Of a DNA stretch of 64,000 nt, positions 52,826 to 62,782 are shown one piece after another (positions within the stretch are counted from its first letter, which is position 1; every line of letters starts with the position of its first letter). Position numbers and translations under genes: made by a program. The notes beneath the pieces were generated by a model, which saw only the letters and a list, made by a program, of their open reading frames with translations, did not search any database and was not told where the DNA came from. The stretch spans positions 1 through 64,000 of the forward strand of contig CAWDLW010000008.1 in NCBI GenBank assembly GCA_963803145.1. The letters run 5' to 3'. This DNA comes from Methanotrichaceae archaeon. Its GTDB lineage: Archaea; Halobacteriota; Methanosarcinia; Methanotrichales; Methanotrichaceae.

Positions 52826-54856
52826 TTATAAAGAGAGTGGCGCCGATTTTCGTGGCCTTAAGCCCTCTGTGGTGGGCTTGGTCCTCGCTAGCGCGAGAGC
52901 AATAATGCTGGCGAATGCCTCCAATAATCTTCTCTGCTCCGGTCGCAAGGGGTGGCCTGATTGCCCTAGGCGCACACCCATGACTCCGAGTGGTATCTCT
53001 TCAGCCTTAAGGGGTAGATAGAACATAGATGCAGATGAGAGGGTTTCTGTTCCGCATCCAGCAGGCTTGCCGTGCTGAAACACCCAGGTAGCCACACCAA
53101 GTTTGCGCTCATCGAATATCAGAGTTTCACCCATCTGGGCTCGTGGGATAAGCTGTCCAGATTCATTGGGGAGCAGAATCAATACCTCGCACTGAAATGC
53201 TCCGGCAATCTCTTTGGTAGCATAACGCAGAAGCTCCTCCAAACCTTCAACCGCCATAAGGTCACGGCTGAATTCATAAAGGGACGAAACAAAACGCTCC
53301 CTTTCACGGGCATTCTCTCCCTGCCATCTGACCATATCTGCCAAAATGCTTGTCACCATTCCTACAACAATGAAAACCAAGAATACAGGCAGATAGCGAA
53401 TATCCCCAAGTGTCATACCGAGCCTCGGCGGCACGAAGAAGAAGTCGAGCGCTATTACTGCCACAAGGGACGTCACCAGACCGGAGCTTCTTCCCCAGGT
53501 CATGGCGCTGTATACTACTGGCAGAAGCAGTATCATGGCAACGTTGATTAAGCCCATATAGTCATGCAATATCCAGCAAAAACAAACTGTGACAGCCAGG
53601 CTCATAAGGCCGCCATAGAACGGTTTTAAGTTCTTTACTCCTTTTTCTTCTTCCTCAGATCCAGGTGAAACAATCGGTTTTTCTATCTTCTGGTCTGCTT
53701 CAGTACCGCCTATAACGAGGACGTGAATTGGGCCGCTTCTGCTGATGACTTCATTAATAACTGATCCTCTGAACCATCTGTTCCAGAAACTTTTTCGCGG
53801 CAGACCAGCGATAATGAGTGTTACGTTATGCTCTCTTGCGAAAGAGATTATTTCATCCGATATTTTGCGTCCGCTTAGAACCTCGACCTTGGCTCCCAGC
53901 TCCTCTGCAAGCATGGTGTTTCGAGCTAGCTGGTCGCGGGCAGCCTCTGTTGGAGGTCTTTCCTGGGGAGATTCGACGTAGACTGCAAACCATTCGGCAT
54001 CCAGATCTGCAGCCATTCTCTGCCCTATTCTCACTAGTCGCTCGGATAATGGGCTGGCGCTGACGCACACCATCAGTGTAGATCCTGCTGGCCAAGGTCC
54101 CAGGATGCCTTGCATCTCCATATAGGAGCGCATATCCTCGTCAACTTTATGGGCCGCGTGCCTTAGCGCCAACTCCCTCAAGCCGAGAAGATTGCCTTTG
54201 CGGAAGAAGCGGCGCATGGCAAGCTCAGCCTGTGCCGGGACATACACCTTGCCCTCCTTAAATCTTTGAATCAATTCTTCGGGAGGCAGATCTACAACTT
54301 CGATCTCGTCTGCAAGCTCCAGCACTTTGTCCGGAAGAGTTTCGCTAACATGGACACCTGTGATCTGATAGACGATATCATTGAGGCTCTCAATGTGCTG
54401 GATGTTCAGAGTAGTGTAAACGCTGATGCCTGCATCGAGAAGCTCTTCGACATCCTGATACCTTTTGGTATGCCGCAGTCCAGCGGCATTTGTATGTGCC
54501 AGCTCGTCTACCAATGCTATCGTCGGATGGCGTGCGAGGACTGCATCAAGATCCATCTCATCGAGCACTATGCCGCCACGATCTATGTGAAGACGAGGAA
54601 TTGTTTCCAGGCCGTTCAGCAGAGCCATGGTTTCAGGCCGACCGTGGGTCTCAGCTATGGCTAAAACAACATCAACACAGGCTTTTTTTAGTGACTGGGC
54701 CTCTTCAAGCATCTGATAAGTTTTGCCGACGCCTGCTGCCGCGCCCAGAAATATTTTGAGATGGCCTCGGCTGCTGCTGGCCTCCTGCTCTTCCTGCTCT
54801 ATATGCTGTATTCTCCGAAGCAGCGCGTCAGGGTCGGGTTGGCACTTATCTATCAA
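52826..54856 (-). CDS. kdpD: KdpD-like sensor lacking the histidine-kinase domains
   Basis: LKIFLGAAAGVGKTY, VDELAHTN, TTLNIQHIESLND, Usp domain, 4 TM (DFFFVPP), GAF, then stop; no H-box or ATP lid. Confidence 0.9.
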   Translation of the reverse strand: MIDKCQPDPDALLRRIQHIEQEEQEASSSRGHLKIFLGAAAGVGKTYQMLEEAQSLKKACVDVVLAIAETHGRPETMALLNGLETIPRLHIDRGGIVLDEMDLDAVLARHPTIALVDELAHTNAAGLRHTKRYQDVEELLDAGISVYTTLNIQHIESLNDIVYQITGVHVSETLPDKVLELADEIEVVDLPPEELIQRFKEGKVYVPAQAELAMRRFFRKGNLLGLRELALRHAAHKVDEDMRSYMEMQGILGPWPAGSTLMVCVSASPLSERLVRIGQRMAADLDAEWFAVYVESPQERPPTEAARDQLARNTMLAEELGAKVEVLSGRKISDEIISFAREHNVTLIIAGLPRKSFWNRWFRGSVINEVISRSGPIHVLVIGGTEADQKIEKPIVSPGSEEEEKGVKNLKPFYGGLMSLAVTVCFCWILHDYMGLINVAMILLLPVVYSAMTWGRSSGLVTSLVAVIALDFFFVPPRLGMTLGDIRYLPVFLVFIVVGMVTSILADMVRWQGENARERERFVSSLYEFSRDLMAVEGLEELLRYATKEIAGAFQCEVLILLPNESGQLIPRAQMGETLIFDERKLGVATWVFQHGKPAGCGTETLSSASMFYLPLKAEEIPLGVMGVRLGQSGHPLRPEQRRLLEAFASIIALALARTKPTTEGLRPRKSAPLSL

Positions 54857-54941
54857 TGCTGGCTTCTCCTTACAGGATCACTTAGTGTAATAGAGCGTGC
54901 TTGATGCATTTCTTCTCATCACAACTGAAATGGCATGGCTA

Positions 54942-55046
54942 TTATCTTTTGTGTTTAACTTTGGCGAGGTCATCAAGGAGTTTCTCCGAGAAGAAAGTCT
55001 TGACGCAAATCAGGCATTTGAACTCTTCCTGATTCGCTTTAGCCAT
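54942..55046 (-). CDS. 34-aa C2H2-zinc-finger-like mini-protein (not in ORF track)
   Basis: MAKANQEEFKCLICVKTFFSEKLLDDLAKVKHKR; GGAG upstream of ATG. Confidence 0.5.
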   Translation of the reverse strand: MAKANQEEFKCLICVKTFFSEKLLDDLAKVKHKR

Positions 55047-55131
55047 TGACTTTACTCCATCGCCATTGTCTAAACGGAATTTAAGAGTGATATTAAGGGT
55101 AATAGGGAATCTCTGGGTAACGCTTCCCTAT

Positions 55132-55731
55132 TCATCTTTTGCTTTTAGCCAGATCATCCAGCGCAATATTGAGTTTGAGCACATTCACTCTATCTTGACC
55201 AAATATGCCGAATTGAGGATGCTCAATATGTCGGTCTACCAATGCTTGCACTTCTGATTCCGGTAGCCCTCTCGCTTTAGCAACGCGTGATATCTGAATC
55301 TGTGCACCCTGTGGACTGATGTCCGGATCAAGGCCACTACCAGAGGCGAGCACTAGATCTGCGGGCACAGATGCATCTGCAGATAGATTATCTTCGCTCC
55401 TAACTTTTTGAACTCTCTCGCGTACCTCCTCCATGAGCTTGGCACTGGTTGGCCCCAGGTTGCTGCCGCCGGAGTTGCTGCCGTTGTAATCTACAGCAGA
55501 AGGCCGCCCGTGGAAGTAGCCTGGGCTCGTGAAGTTCTGACCAAATAGTTCAGATCCAACTACTGTGCCATTCACATAAATCAGGCTTCCATGGGCCTGA
55601 TAGGGCATTGTTGTATCGGCCACCAAGCTTACGAAAAATGGATAGGCCAGGCTGAGCAAACAAACCATCGCAAACAGCGATACACAGGTCTTCGTCTCCT
55701 TGATAATCTCTCTTTTATCCATTTTTCTCAC
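55132..55731 (-). CDS. kdpC: Kdp-type ATPase subunit C
   Basis: [42 protein letters not shown]. Confidence 0.95.
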   Translation of the reverse strand: MRKMDKREIIKETKTCVSLFAMVCLLSLAYPFFVSLVADTTMPYQAHGSLIYVNGTVVGSELFGQNFTSPGYFHGRPSAVDYNGSNSGGSNLGPTSAKLMEEVRERVQKVRSEDNLSADASVPADLVLASGSGLDPDISPQGAQIQISRVAKARGLPESEVQALVDRHIEHPQFGIFGQDRVNVLKLNIALDDLAKSKR

Positions 55732-57764
55732 TCCAGATGCAGCATTACTACCAGTATATCGATCAGCTTGATGCCAATGAAAGGAATAATCAATCCGCCA
55801 AGGCCGTAAACTACAAGGTTATAGCGCAGCAATGATTCAGTTGTAGCCGGCCTATAGCTGACTCCTCTCAAGGCCAGAGGTATAAGTGCAGGTATGATAA
55901 GGGCGTTGAAGATTACTGCCGATAGAACTGCGCTTGTGGGCGTTGATAGGCCCATGATGTTCAATGCTTCCAGCTGAGGATATGTGGCTGCGAACATTGC
56001 AGGCAATATGGCGAAGTATTTTGAGACATCGTTTGCCACGCTGAAGGTTGTAAGGGCGCCTCTGGTCATCAAAAGCTGCTTTCCGATCTCCACTATGTCC
56101 AGGAGCTTTGCGGGATTGGAATCAAGGTCAACCATGTTTGCGGCCTCTCTGGCTGCCTGAGTGCCGGCGTTCATAGCCACTGCCAGATCTGCCTGGGCAA
56201 GAGCAGGGGCATCATTGGTTCCATCTCCTATCATCGCCACCATGTGGCCATCCTTCTGGTATCTTCGAATGACATCCAGCTTGACTTCGGGTCGGGCCTG
56301 TGCCAGGAAGTCATCAATGCCCGCCTCGGCAGCTATAGCTGCAGCTGTTACTGGGTTATCGCCGGTAATCATGACGAAGCGTATACCCAGCTTGCGCATA
56401 TTGTTTAGTCGCTCTTTTATGCCCTCTTTTATTATATCCTTTAATCGAATGGCGCCCAGCATTTTTGGGCCAACGGCCACGACCAGCGGTGTTCCGCCAT
56501 CCCTGGATATTCTGTCTACTGCAGCTTTAATATCCTCTGGAGTACTCCCACCTTTTAATTTCACATAATTATACATTGAATCGGCGGCTCCTTTTCTGAT
56601 CTCCCGACCATCCATGTCTATCCCGCTCATGCGCGTCACTGCGCTGAAGGGTATGAATGTTGAATTCTCAGGAGGTCGAATATCCCTTCCCCGAACACCT
56701 AGAACCTGCTTACACAGATCCACGATGCTTCTTCCCTCAGGGGTATCATCAGCCAGAGAGGAGAGCATTGATGCATCTGCCAACTCTTCATTGGTTACTC
56801 CCTGTGCGGGGATAAACTCTGTTGCCATTCGGTTTCCGAGGGTGATGGTGCCAGTCTTATCCATCAATACCAGATCCACATTTCCTGAAGCCTCTACACC
56901 TCTTCCTGAGAGGGCAAGGACATTATTCTGAAGAAGCCTTTCCATGCCGGCTATTCCTATTGCAGGCAAGAGGCCGCCAATTGTAGTTGGAATTAGGCAG
57001 ACCAGAAGCGATATCAGCACAACTAAGCCTAGGCTCACGCCTATATAGTTAGAAAAGGGCACCATAGTAATAACCACAATAAGAAATATTGCAGTCATTC
57101 CTATGAGAAGTATCTCCAGGGCCCGCTCATTAGGCGTCTTCTGGCGTTTGGCATTCTCAACCATTGATATCATCTGGTCCAGGAAGGTCTCGCCTGGATT
57201 TGCAGTGATATAGATCTTGATCTGCCCTGAGATGACGCGGGTTCCGCCTGTAACCCCACATAAGGTGCCGGTTGGCTCACGAACCACAGGAGCCGACTCA
57301 CCTGTTATAGCTGACTCATCCACAAGTGCAGTTCCTTCTGCGATCTCGCCATCTCCGGGTATTATCTCGCCATCCCTCACTAAGACCAGGTCGCCCTTAC
57401 GAAGTCCCGTTGCAAAGATCTGCTCTATTCTTCCATCGTTCAGCAGTTTGTTCGCCATGGCTTCGCTTCTGGCTTGACGCAAGCTTTCGGCCTGGGCGCG
57501 GCCTCTGCCTTCAGCAAGGCCCTCAGAGAAATTGGCGAAGAGCACTGTGAACCAGAGCCAGATGCTGATCTGTATGTCGAACTTGAAGTTTCTGCCTGTG
57601 AATAAATCGCCTATGGCTATTAGAGTGGTCAGTGCAGCGCCGAGCTCCACCACGAACATAACTACGTTTCGTCGCTGGATGATGGGGTTCAGCTTCAGGA
57701 AGGAGTCTTTGACCGCCTGCTTTACTATATCTGATTGCCAGAGATTTGTAGTCTTGCCTCGCAT
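55728..57764 (-). CDS. kdpB: Kdp-type P-type ATPase subunit B
   Basis: [40 protein letters not shown]. Confidence 0.97.
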   Translation of the reverse strand: MRGKTTNLWQSDIVKQAVKDSFLKLNPIIQRRNVVMFVVELGAALTTLIAIGDLFTGRNFKFDIQISIWLWFTVLFANFSEGLAEGRGRAQAESLRQARSEAMANKLLNDGRIEQIFATGLRKGDLVLVRDGEIIPGDGEIAEGTALVDESAITGESAPVVREPTGTLCGVTGGTRVISGQIKIYITANPGETFLDQMISMVENAKRQKTPNERALEILLIGMTAIFLIVVITMVPFSNYIGVSLGLVVLISLLVCLIPTTIGGLLPAIGIAGMERLLQNNVLALSGRGVEASGNVDLVLMDKTGTITLGNRMATEFIPAQGVTNEELADASMLSSLADDTPEGRSIVDLCKQVLGVRGRDIRPPENSTFIPFSAVTRMSGIDMDGREIRKGAADSMYNYVKLKGGSTPEDIKAAVDRISRDGGTPLVVAVGPKMLGAIRLKDIIKEGIKERLNNMRKLGIRFVMITGDNPVTAAAIAAEAGIDDFLAQARPEVKLDVIRRYQKDGHMVAMIGDGTNDAPALAQADLAVAMNAGTQAAREAANMVDLDSNPAKLLDIVEIGKQLLMTRGALTTFSVANDVSKYFAILPAMFAATYPQLEALNIMGLSTPTSAVLSAVIFNALIIPALIPLALRGVSYRPATTESLLRYNLVVYGLGGLIIPFIGIKLIDILVVMLHLE

Positions 57765-57777
57765 ATGTCATCCCCCT

Positions 57778-59478
57778 TTAGAACGTCCTTCCTGCCGTCA
57801 TCAGCAGATGCTCCAGAATTGGTCCGATCGTCGCTACAGGGAAGAATGCGAGAGCGCTCAATATGAAGACCACGAAGACCACTGTGATTATGAATAGCGG
57901 GCTTGCAACAGGCAGCGTGGCTGCGCTGACTGCTATCTGTCCCTTGCGAGCCATGGACCCGGCAATGGCAATGCCCACGAGTAGGGTGGAATACCTTCCT
58001 AGAAGCATACAGGGCGGGGTCATCAAACATATATATGTACTCAGGACGTTCAAACCTCCCATATATGAACCGTTGTTAATCGATGCCGAAGTGAAAGCAA
58101 AAAGCATCTCCGTTAGCCCGTGGGGGCCTGAGTTGCCTAGAGTTGCAAGACCTGCCACTGATATAATGGCAATGGCAGTAGTAACCAGCGATGAGAAAGA
58201 TGAAAATAGGAATGAAGCTCCGGCCAATATGATTTCACGTAGCTCGAGCTTCTTGCCTATAAGTTCTGGCGTCCTTCCTGTCATGAGCCCTGCCACAAAC
58301 ATGGCTACAATGAAGTAATGCATCATGGCTAGCGGCCCTTCTCCGATGCATCCGAATATCGGCGCTCCAATCACTATGAAAAAGATAATTTGCAATATGC
58401 TGAGGGGCATTAAACTGTCATGCTGAGAGATTGTTGAGCCATTCGCAGGAGCCATTCCAACTAAAATATACATTATATGCTCGAACATGGAAAAGCGCAT
58501 CTCTTTGCCCTCCAGGTTTACGCCGCCCTGAACTCCTAGCTTCTCTAGCAATGGGTTCGGCTGATTCTCAGCATAGAATGGAAGAGGCATGCAAAGCAGG
58601 AACATCACTATCATAACAGAGAAGAGCGCAATTGTTGTATCACGGCTGCGAGACAACTTTCCTATCATGACCACTATTGAAGCTGGCACGAACAATATGT
58701 AGCCCATGGTAAGCCAGCTGTTGAAAGGTGTAGGGTTTTCAAATGGATGTGCCATGCTATTGCCAAAATAGTTAGACCCATCTTCGCAAAACAGCTGATA
58801 TACTATTACCGAAGCAGCAGGCCCTCCCGGTATAAGCTGCACTCCTCCTTCGAGCGTGTGAGCTACAGTATAAGGATCGAAGTTCTGTACAACGCCTTGT
58901 GAGATGAGTGGAAACACTAAGATTAACGAGAGTGGTATCCAGACATATAGGATAACCCTTATCAGATCAACCCAGAAGTTGCCTATAGTTGGGGAGTGCC
59001 TGCGGCTGAAGGATCGTGCCAAGACTATAATAGCCGAAAAACCAACCGCAGGACTGATGTACTCCTGAACATGCGTCCCAAGCATCTGCGACATATAGCT
59101 GAATTCATGCTCACCAGTGTAAGCAATCCAATTGGTATTCGTGATATAGGAGAATGCTATATTCACAGCTAAATCCCATCTAATTGCGCCAAGGCCTTGA
59201 GGATTGAGGGGAAGCACGCCCTGTAGCGATAAAATCACAAATGTAAATATAACACCGATAAACTCAAAGCCCATCAGCGTCCCAATATATTTCTTCCATG
59301 TCATCTCACTCTTCTCATCGATGCCGCATATCTTGTGGATACCTTTCTCGACGGGCCGTAAGATTGGCGAAAGAAGAGTGCGCTCTCCACTGAAGACCTT
59401 GGCCAGGTACCCTCCAAAAGGCACCGCCAATATTATAGTGGCTATAATAATAAAAGCATATGCCAATTCCTGTAACAT
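57778..59478 (-). CDS. kdpA: Kdp-type ATPase subunit A with divergent selectivity filter
   Basis: TNTNW, GNFWVDL, HPFENPT, EGKEMRF, GRTPE, NNGS, GPILEHL; SD GGGAGG. Confidence 0.93.
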   Translation of the reverse strand: MLQELAYAFIIIATIILAVPFGGYLAKVFSGERTLLSPILRPVEKGIHKICGIDEKSEMTWKKYIGTLMGFEFIGVIFTFVILSLQGVLPLNPQGLGAIRWDLAVNIAFSYITNTNWIAYTGEHEFSYMSQMLGTHVQEYISPAVGFSAIIVLARSFSRRHSPTIGNFWVDLIRVILYVWIPLSLILVFPLISQGVVQNFDPYTVAHTLEGGVQLIPGGPAASVIVYQLFCEDGSNYFGNSMAHPFENPTPFNSWLTMGYILFVPASIVVMIGKLSRSRDTTIALFSVMIVMFLLCMPLPFYAENQPNPLLEKLGVQGGVNLEGKEMRFSMFEHIMYILVGMAPANGSTISQHDSLMPLSILQIIFFIVIGAPIFGCIGEGPLAMMHYFIVAMFVAGLMTGRTPELIGKKLELREIILAGASFLFSSFSSLVTTAIAIISVAGLATLGNSGPHGLTEMLFAFTSASINNGSYMGGLNVLSTYICLMTPPCMLLGRYSTLLVGIAIAGSMARKGQIAVSAATLPVASPLFIITVVFVVFILSALAFFPVATIGPILEHLLMTAGRTF

Positions 59479-59624
59479 TTTATTCCTCCCTCACGGGTAA
59501 TTGCCAGGTGAATTAGTTTCATTTTGCGAGCTTGATCCAAGAAATGAATCAATGCTTCGATATCCGATGCTCTGGATCTTCGGTTCAGGACCCCCTTTTG
59601 AATTGAAACAAAGCAGCCATATTT

Positions 59625-59789
59625 TCAAGATGCTATCCCTCCTCCGAAGAAAATTGCCACTATCGTCCACCATACAATAAAGAAAGATACAATTATAAAT
59701 ATAGCTCTTATTATTTCTTTACCTTCTGCTTCCGAGATTTCTCGCAGTTCTGCGATAATTCTCGCGTCTTCCTCACTCGAACTAGGCAT
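59625..59789 (-). CDS. 54-aa single-TM protein at the kdpF position (not in ORF track)
   Basis: MPSSSEEDARIIAELREISEAEGKEIIRAIFIIVSFFIVWWTIVAIFFGGGIAS; strong SD GGAGTGAGG. Confidence 0.7.
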   Translation of the reverse strand: MPSSSEEDARIIAELREISEAEGKEIIRAIFIIVSFFIVWWTIVAIFFGGGIAS

Positions 59790-60045
59790 TTGCCTCACTC
59801 CTTTTATTCAGCATCAGATAGTCCTTCCTTCTATAATATAATCATAAACAAATAATTTAATAGCCTTGTTAAAATCAGGCATAAGAAGTTTATCGTAAAA
59901 TACGCCTTGGATATTGCGCTTCTTTAACCTTGATATCCAAGCCACATAGAAAGGCAATGCTCTTTGAATGTTCTATTGCCGTGGCGGGATTGATGCAAAC
60001 ACTGGTTGCAGTCATCTGAGCCCGCTTCATAAAAGCTCATAATAT

Positions 60046-60154
60046 TTAAGAATATCCCTTAAACTTTAAGAACACTTAAGAATATCCCTTAAACTTTAAG
60101 AACACTTAAGAATATCCCTTAAACTTTAAGAACACTTAAGAATATCCCTTAAAC
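60046..60154. repeat. 30-bp perfect tandem repeat, about 3.6 copies
   Basis: Unit TTAAGAATATCCCTTAAACTTTAAGAACAC at 60046, 60076, 60106, partial at 60136. Confidence 0.95.
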
Positions 60155-60213
60155 GCAAGAATACCTAATGATAGTTCACTGAAGAGAAGCATGTTATGAA
60201 GGAGGAAAAAAGG

Positions 60214-60753
60214 ATGGACAAAAAACTGATGTTCGTGTTGGCAGCAATCCTTGCTACCAGTTTGAACTGTTGCATGGCAGCGACGTATACTGCCAATGTA
60301 GGCAACTTCAATATACAGGTAACGAGCGATGAGGCCGTACAAATTAATGATAAATTCGCCCCAAGTTTTTACCCCGACTTCACAGCTTATCTTGTTGATT
60401 TGTGGATAGGCAATGATTTGTTTGAGGCGATTATCCAGGATTATGGCACCAGCACGAATGTGTCGGAAGATGCGCTAAAACGTGCAAACCAAATAAGTTA
60501 TCCAATGGAGAATCCCAACGCAAAATCCTGGGTCTATACGGACATTGGAGGCCAGAAGGGATTAATTGCTAATGTCCAGATACCTGCAAGCATCCCCCAG
60601 TTTGAGGCTGTTTATTCGCCTGATGCCTCTGGCAATCAGGGAACAATAATCGTAACAATTACAGCTTATACAGCGGATGAGAAGAAGGTTCGAGGATGTG
60701 CTAAAGACCCTCAAGATTCATCGAATTACCCAGTAATGCTTAAGATAAGGTAG
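60214..60753 (+). CDS. Secreted hypothetical protein, possibly frameshifted near the 3' end
   Basis: Signal peptide MDKKLMFVLAAILATSL; alternative frame gives FEDVLKTLKIHRITQ* ending 60736. Confidence 0.6.
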   Translation: MDKKLMFVLAAILATSLNCCMAATYTANVGNFNIQVTSDEAVQINDKFAPSFYPDFTAYLVDLWIGNDLFEAIIQDYGTSTNVSEDALKRANQISYPMENPNAKSWVYTDIGGQKGLIANVQIPASIPQFEAVYSPDASGNQGTIIVTITAYTADEKKVRGCAKDPQDSSNYPVMLKIR

Positions 60754-61218
60754 TCGAGATAATTCAACTTCGAATGGAGGCATAAAGAGGGATTGGCGGA
60801 GGATGTAGTGGATGTTAAATCCGCTACCCAGGGGCCGACACTATTTTCGCCATGGAGTGCCGAGGCAAAGGACTCCGCCAAGCCTTCAACGATAATCCCT
60901 CGAAGCCTGATAGGATATCCTTTGACTTTCAGGCTATAAATCTTGATCATTTTATTCTTGATCCTTCTCCATTTTCGATAAAATCCTGCATACATCCATC
61001 ACGGCTGTTGCAATCAGGCGAATATCCTCTGGGCTATTCTTATTGATGATCCTATCCTTTATCTGCTCTTGCACGAAATAGAGTCTTGCCCTCTCCTGTT
61101 CATTCAAACAATATGCCATCATTGGTCACAGATATCCCGTAAGCAGCCCGAATTAATAATTCTATTTGTGTGAAGATCTAATCTGTGCATTTGCTATAAA
61201 AACATGTTAATATATCTT

Positions 61219-61536
61219 TCAATCCAGCCTCTCCTCAAAATTGATTTCGCCGTCCATTAATTGTCTCAAAATCTTGCATTGATATCTTCGGCAGGCGCTC
61301 GGACGATTCAGGTATATGGAGCATTTATCATTGCTATACTTTGGGCAAGGCAAACTGAATGCAAAGTCCCTCTTTCCAAATGTGAAATATCGAAGCCCAA
61401 TACTCTTTGCAAGGCTTATCTCATCAGAATCACGTGAAGCACGATGAAATATTGCTCCCCTACAGCATAGCCCGCAGGATACACATAATTTGTTGCACTT
61501 TATGCTTGAATGCCCAATCTCAATCGAGCTGGACAT
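61219..61536 (-). CDS. YkgJ/CxxCxxCC cysteine-cluster protein
   Basis: CVSCGLCC...CPKY...CSIYLNRPSACRRYQC. Confidence 0.8.
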   Translation of the reverse strand: MSSSIEIGHSSIKCNKLCVSCGLCCRGAIFHRASRDSDEISLAKSIGLRYFTFGKRDFAFSLPCPKYSNDKCSIYLNRPSACRRYQCKILRQLMDGEINFEERLD

Positions 61537-61771
61537 AACTTGTGGATCAAGAATTTTAATATTTAGGCCTTTCTGTTTATATAGAGCTCAACAATCTAAA
61601 TTTTAGCAATGATCTTGCTGGAATTAAATTTTTCCATTAGTTTTTGGTAAATAGTATTCAATTACATTGGATTATTTCACTGGCTTTTGGAAAGCTTTAT
61701 CTTCAAGAAGCTGATTGTTGTTTAAGATCCGGGATGTGACCATTGGTCGAACCGGCTTTGGGTGAAACTAA

Positions 61772-62359
61772 ATGAGATCTTTTTACGGCTACATAGGCGA
61801 TGCCTGGAATGCTCCAAAGGAGAGCTATGTAGGTGCGCTGAGACAAGATAGGCTCAGATCCTGGAGGCAAGAGCTGACAGTGCAGAGGATCGAGAGGCCT
61901 ACTCGCCTCGATAGAGCGCGGGAGCTCGGCTATAAGGCCAAGCAGGGCATAGCAGTCGCTCGCGTCAAGGTAAGGCGCGGCGGACGCAGAAAGTCCAGAT
62001 ATGAAAGGAACCGAAAGACAAGCAAGATGGGCACCAACATGATGACCATGGCCAAGTCCATCCAGAGAATTGCTGAAGAGAGAGCAGGAAGAAGGTTCCG
62101 CAATATGGAGGTCCTCAACTCCTACTGGGTTGGAGAGGATGGAAAGCATAAGTGGTATGAGGTCATACTCATTGATCCCTGCCATCCTGCAATACAGAAT
62201 GATAAACAGCTCAGTTGGGTAGTTGATGATGTTCACAGGGGACGAGCTGTAAGAGGCAAGACAAGCGCTGGCCGCAAGGGCCGCGGAATGAGGCATAAGG
62301 GATTCGGCACGGAGAAGACACGCCCTGGCATCAGGGCACATAATGGCCGAGGAAAGTAA
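61772..62359 (+). CDS. rpl15e: 50S ribosomal protein L15e
   Basis: [42 protein letters not shown]. Confidence 0.98.
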   Translation: MRSFYGYIGDAWNAPKESYVGALRQDRLRSWRQELTVQRIERPTRLDRARELGYKAKQGIAVARVKVRRGGRRKSRYERNRKTSKMGTNMMTMAKSIQRIAEERAGRRFRNMEVLNSYWVGEDGKHKWYEVILIDPCHPAIQNDKQLSWVVDDVHRGRAVRGKTSAGRKGRGMRHKGFGTEKTRPGIRAHNGRGK

Positions 62360-62365
62360 AGAAAA

Positions 62366-62782
62366 GTGCTCCACAGGATCACTTTTAGGGCTTTTGTTGC
62401 AGCGACGGAGGCTGAGGAGCGAGTATATAAAGCTCTCAGCATCTTCGTCCCCCTTGATAGCATAATTGCTACCGCTGCCAAAGGTCATTTCGATAATGAT
62501 ATCAAGATCCTTGAGGCTACCCTTAGGAAAAAAGACGGCTTAATCTTTTTTAGGATACTAAGAGAGCAGCTTCCTAGAGAGGATTTGCTGAGGTTGCGGA
62601 GAGAATTATCTGCCAGGGTTGATGATTCCTGCCATTTCCACCTGCGTCTGGACAAACAGGCTGCCTATAAGGGCCTGGTACACTTGACCGACTCCAAAGA
62701 TGCGATAGATGTCACAGCCTCCATTGCAACATATCCTGCAAATCGAGCGGAGGCCATGAGGCTCGCTGGAGAACTTTTATGA
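62366..62782 (+). CDS. DUF54 family predicted RNA-binding protein
   Basis: ATEAEERV, GHFDNDI, LRLDKQAAY; conserved position after rpl15e. Confidence 0.88.
   Translation: MLHRITFRAFVAATEAEERVYKALSIFVPLDSIIATAAKGHFDNDIKILEATLRKKDGLIFFRILREQLPREDLLRLRRELSARVDDSCHFHLRLDKQAAYKGLVHLTDSKDAIDVTASIATYPANRAEAMRLAGELL

Noticed and set aside
59491-59673. 60-aa track ORF upstream of kdpA as a kdpF candidate
   Set aside because: No TM helix or SD; it overlaps the better-supported 59625-59789 ORF in another frame.
59878-59902. KdpE-box-like sequence upstream of the kdp operon
   Set aside because: Half-site spacing does not fit the 11-bp OmpR-family periodicity, and no kdpE is present in the window.
60046-60154. 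Possible CRISPR array (30-bp repeats)
   Set aside because: Units are head-to-tail with no unique spacers, and there are no cas genes in the window.
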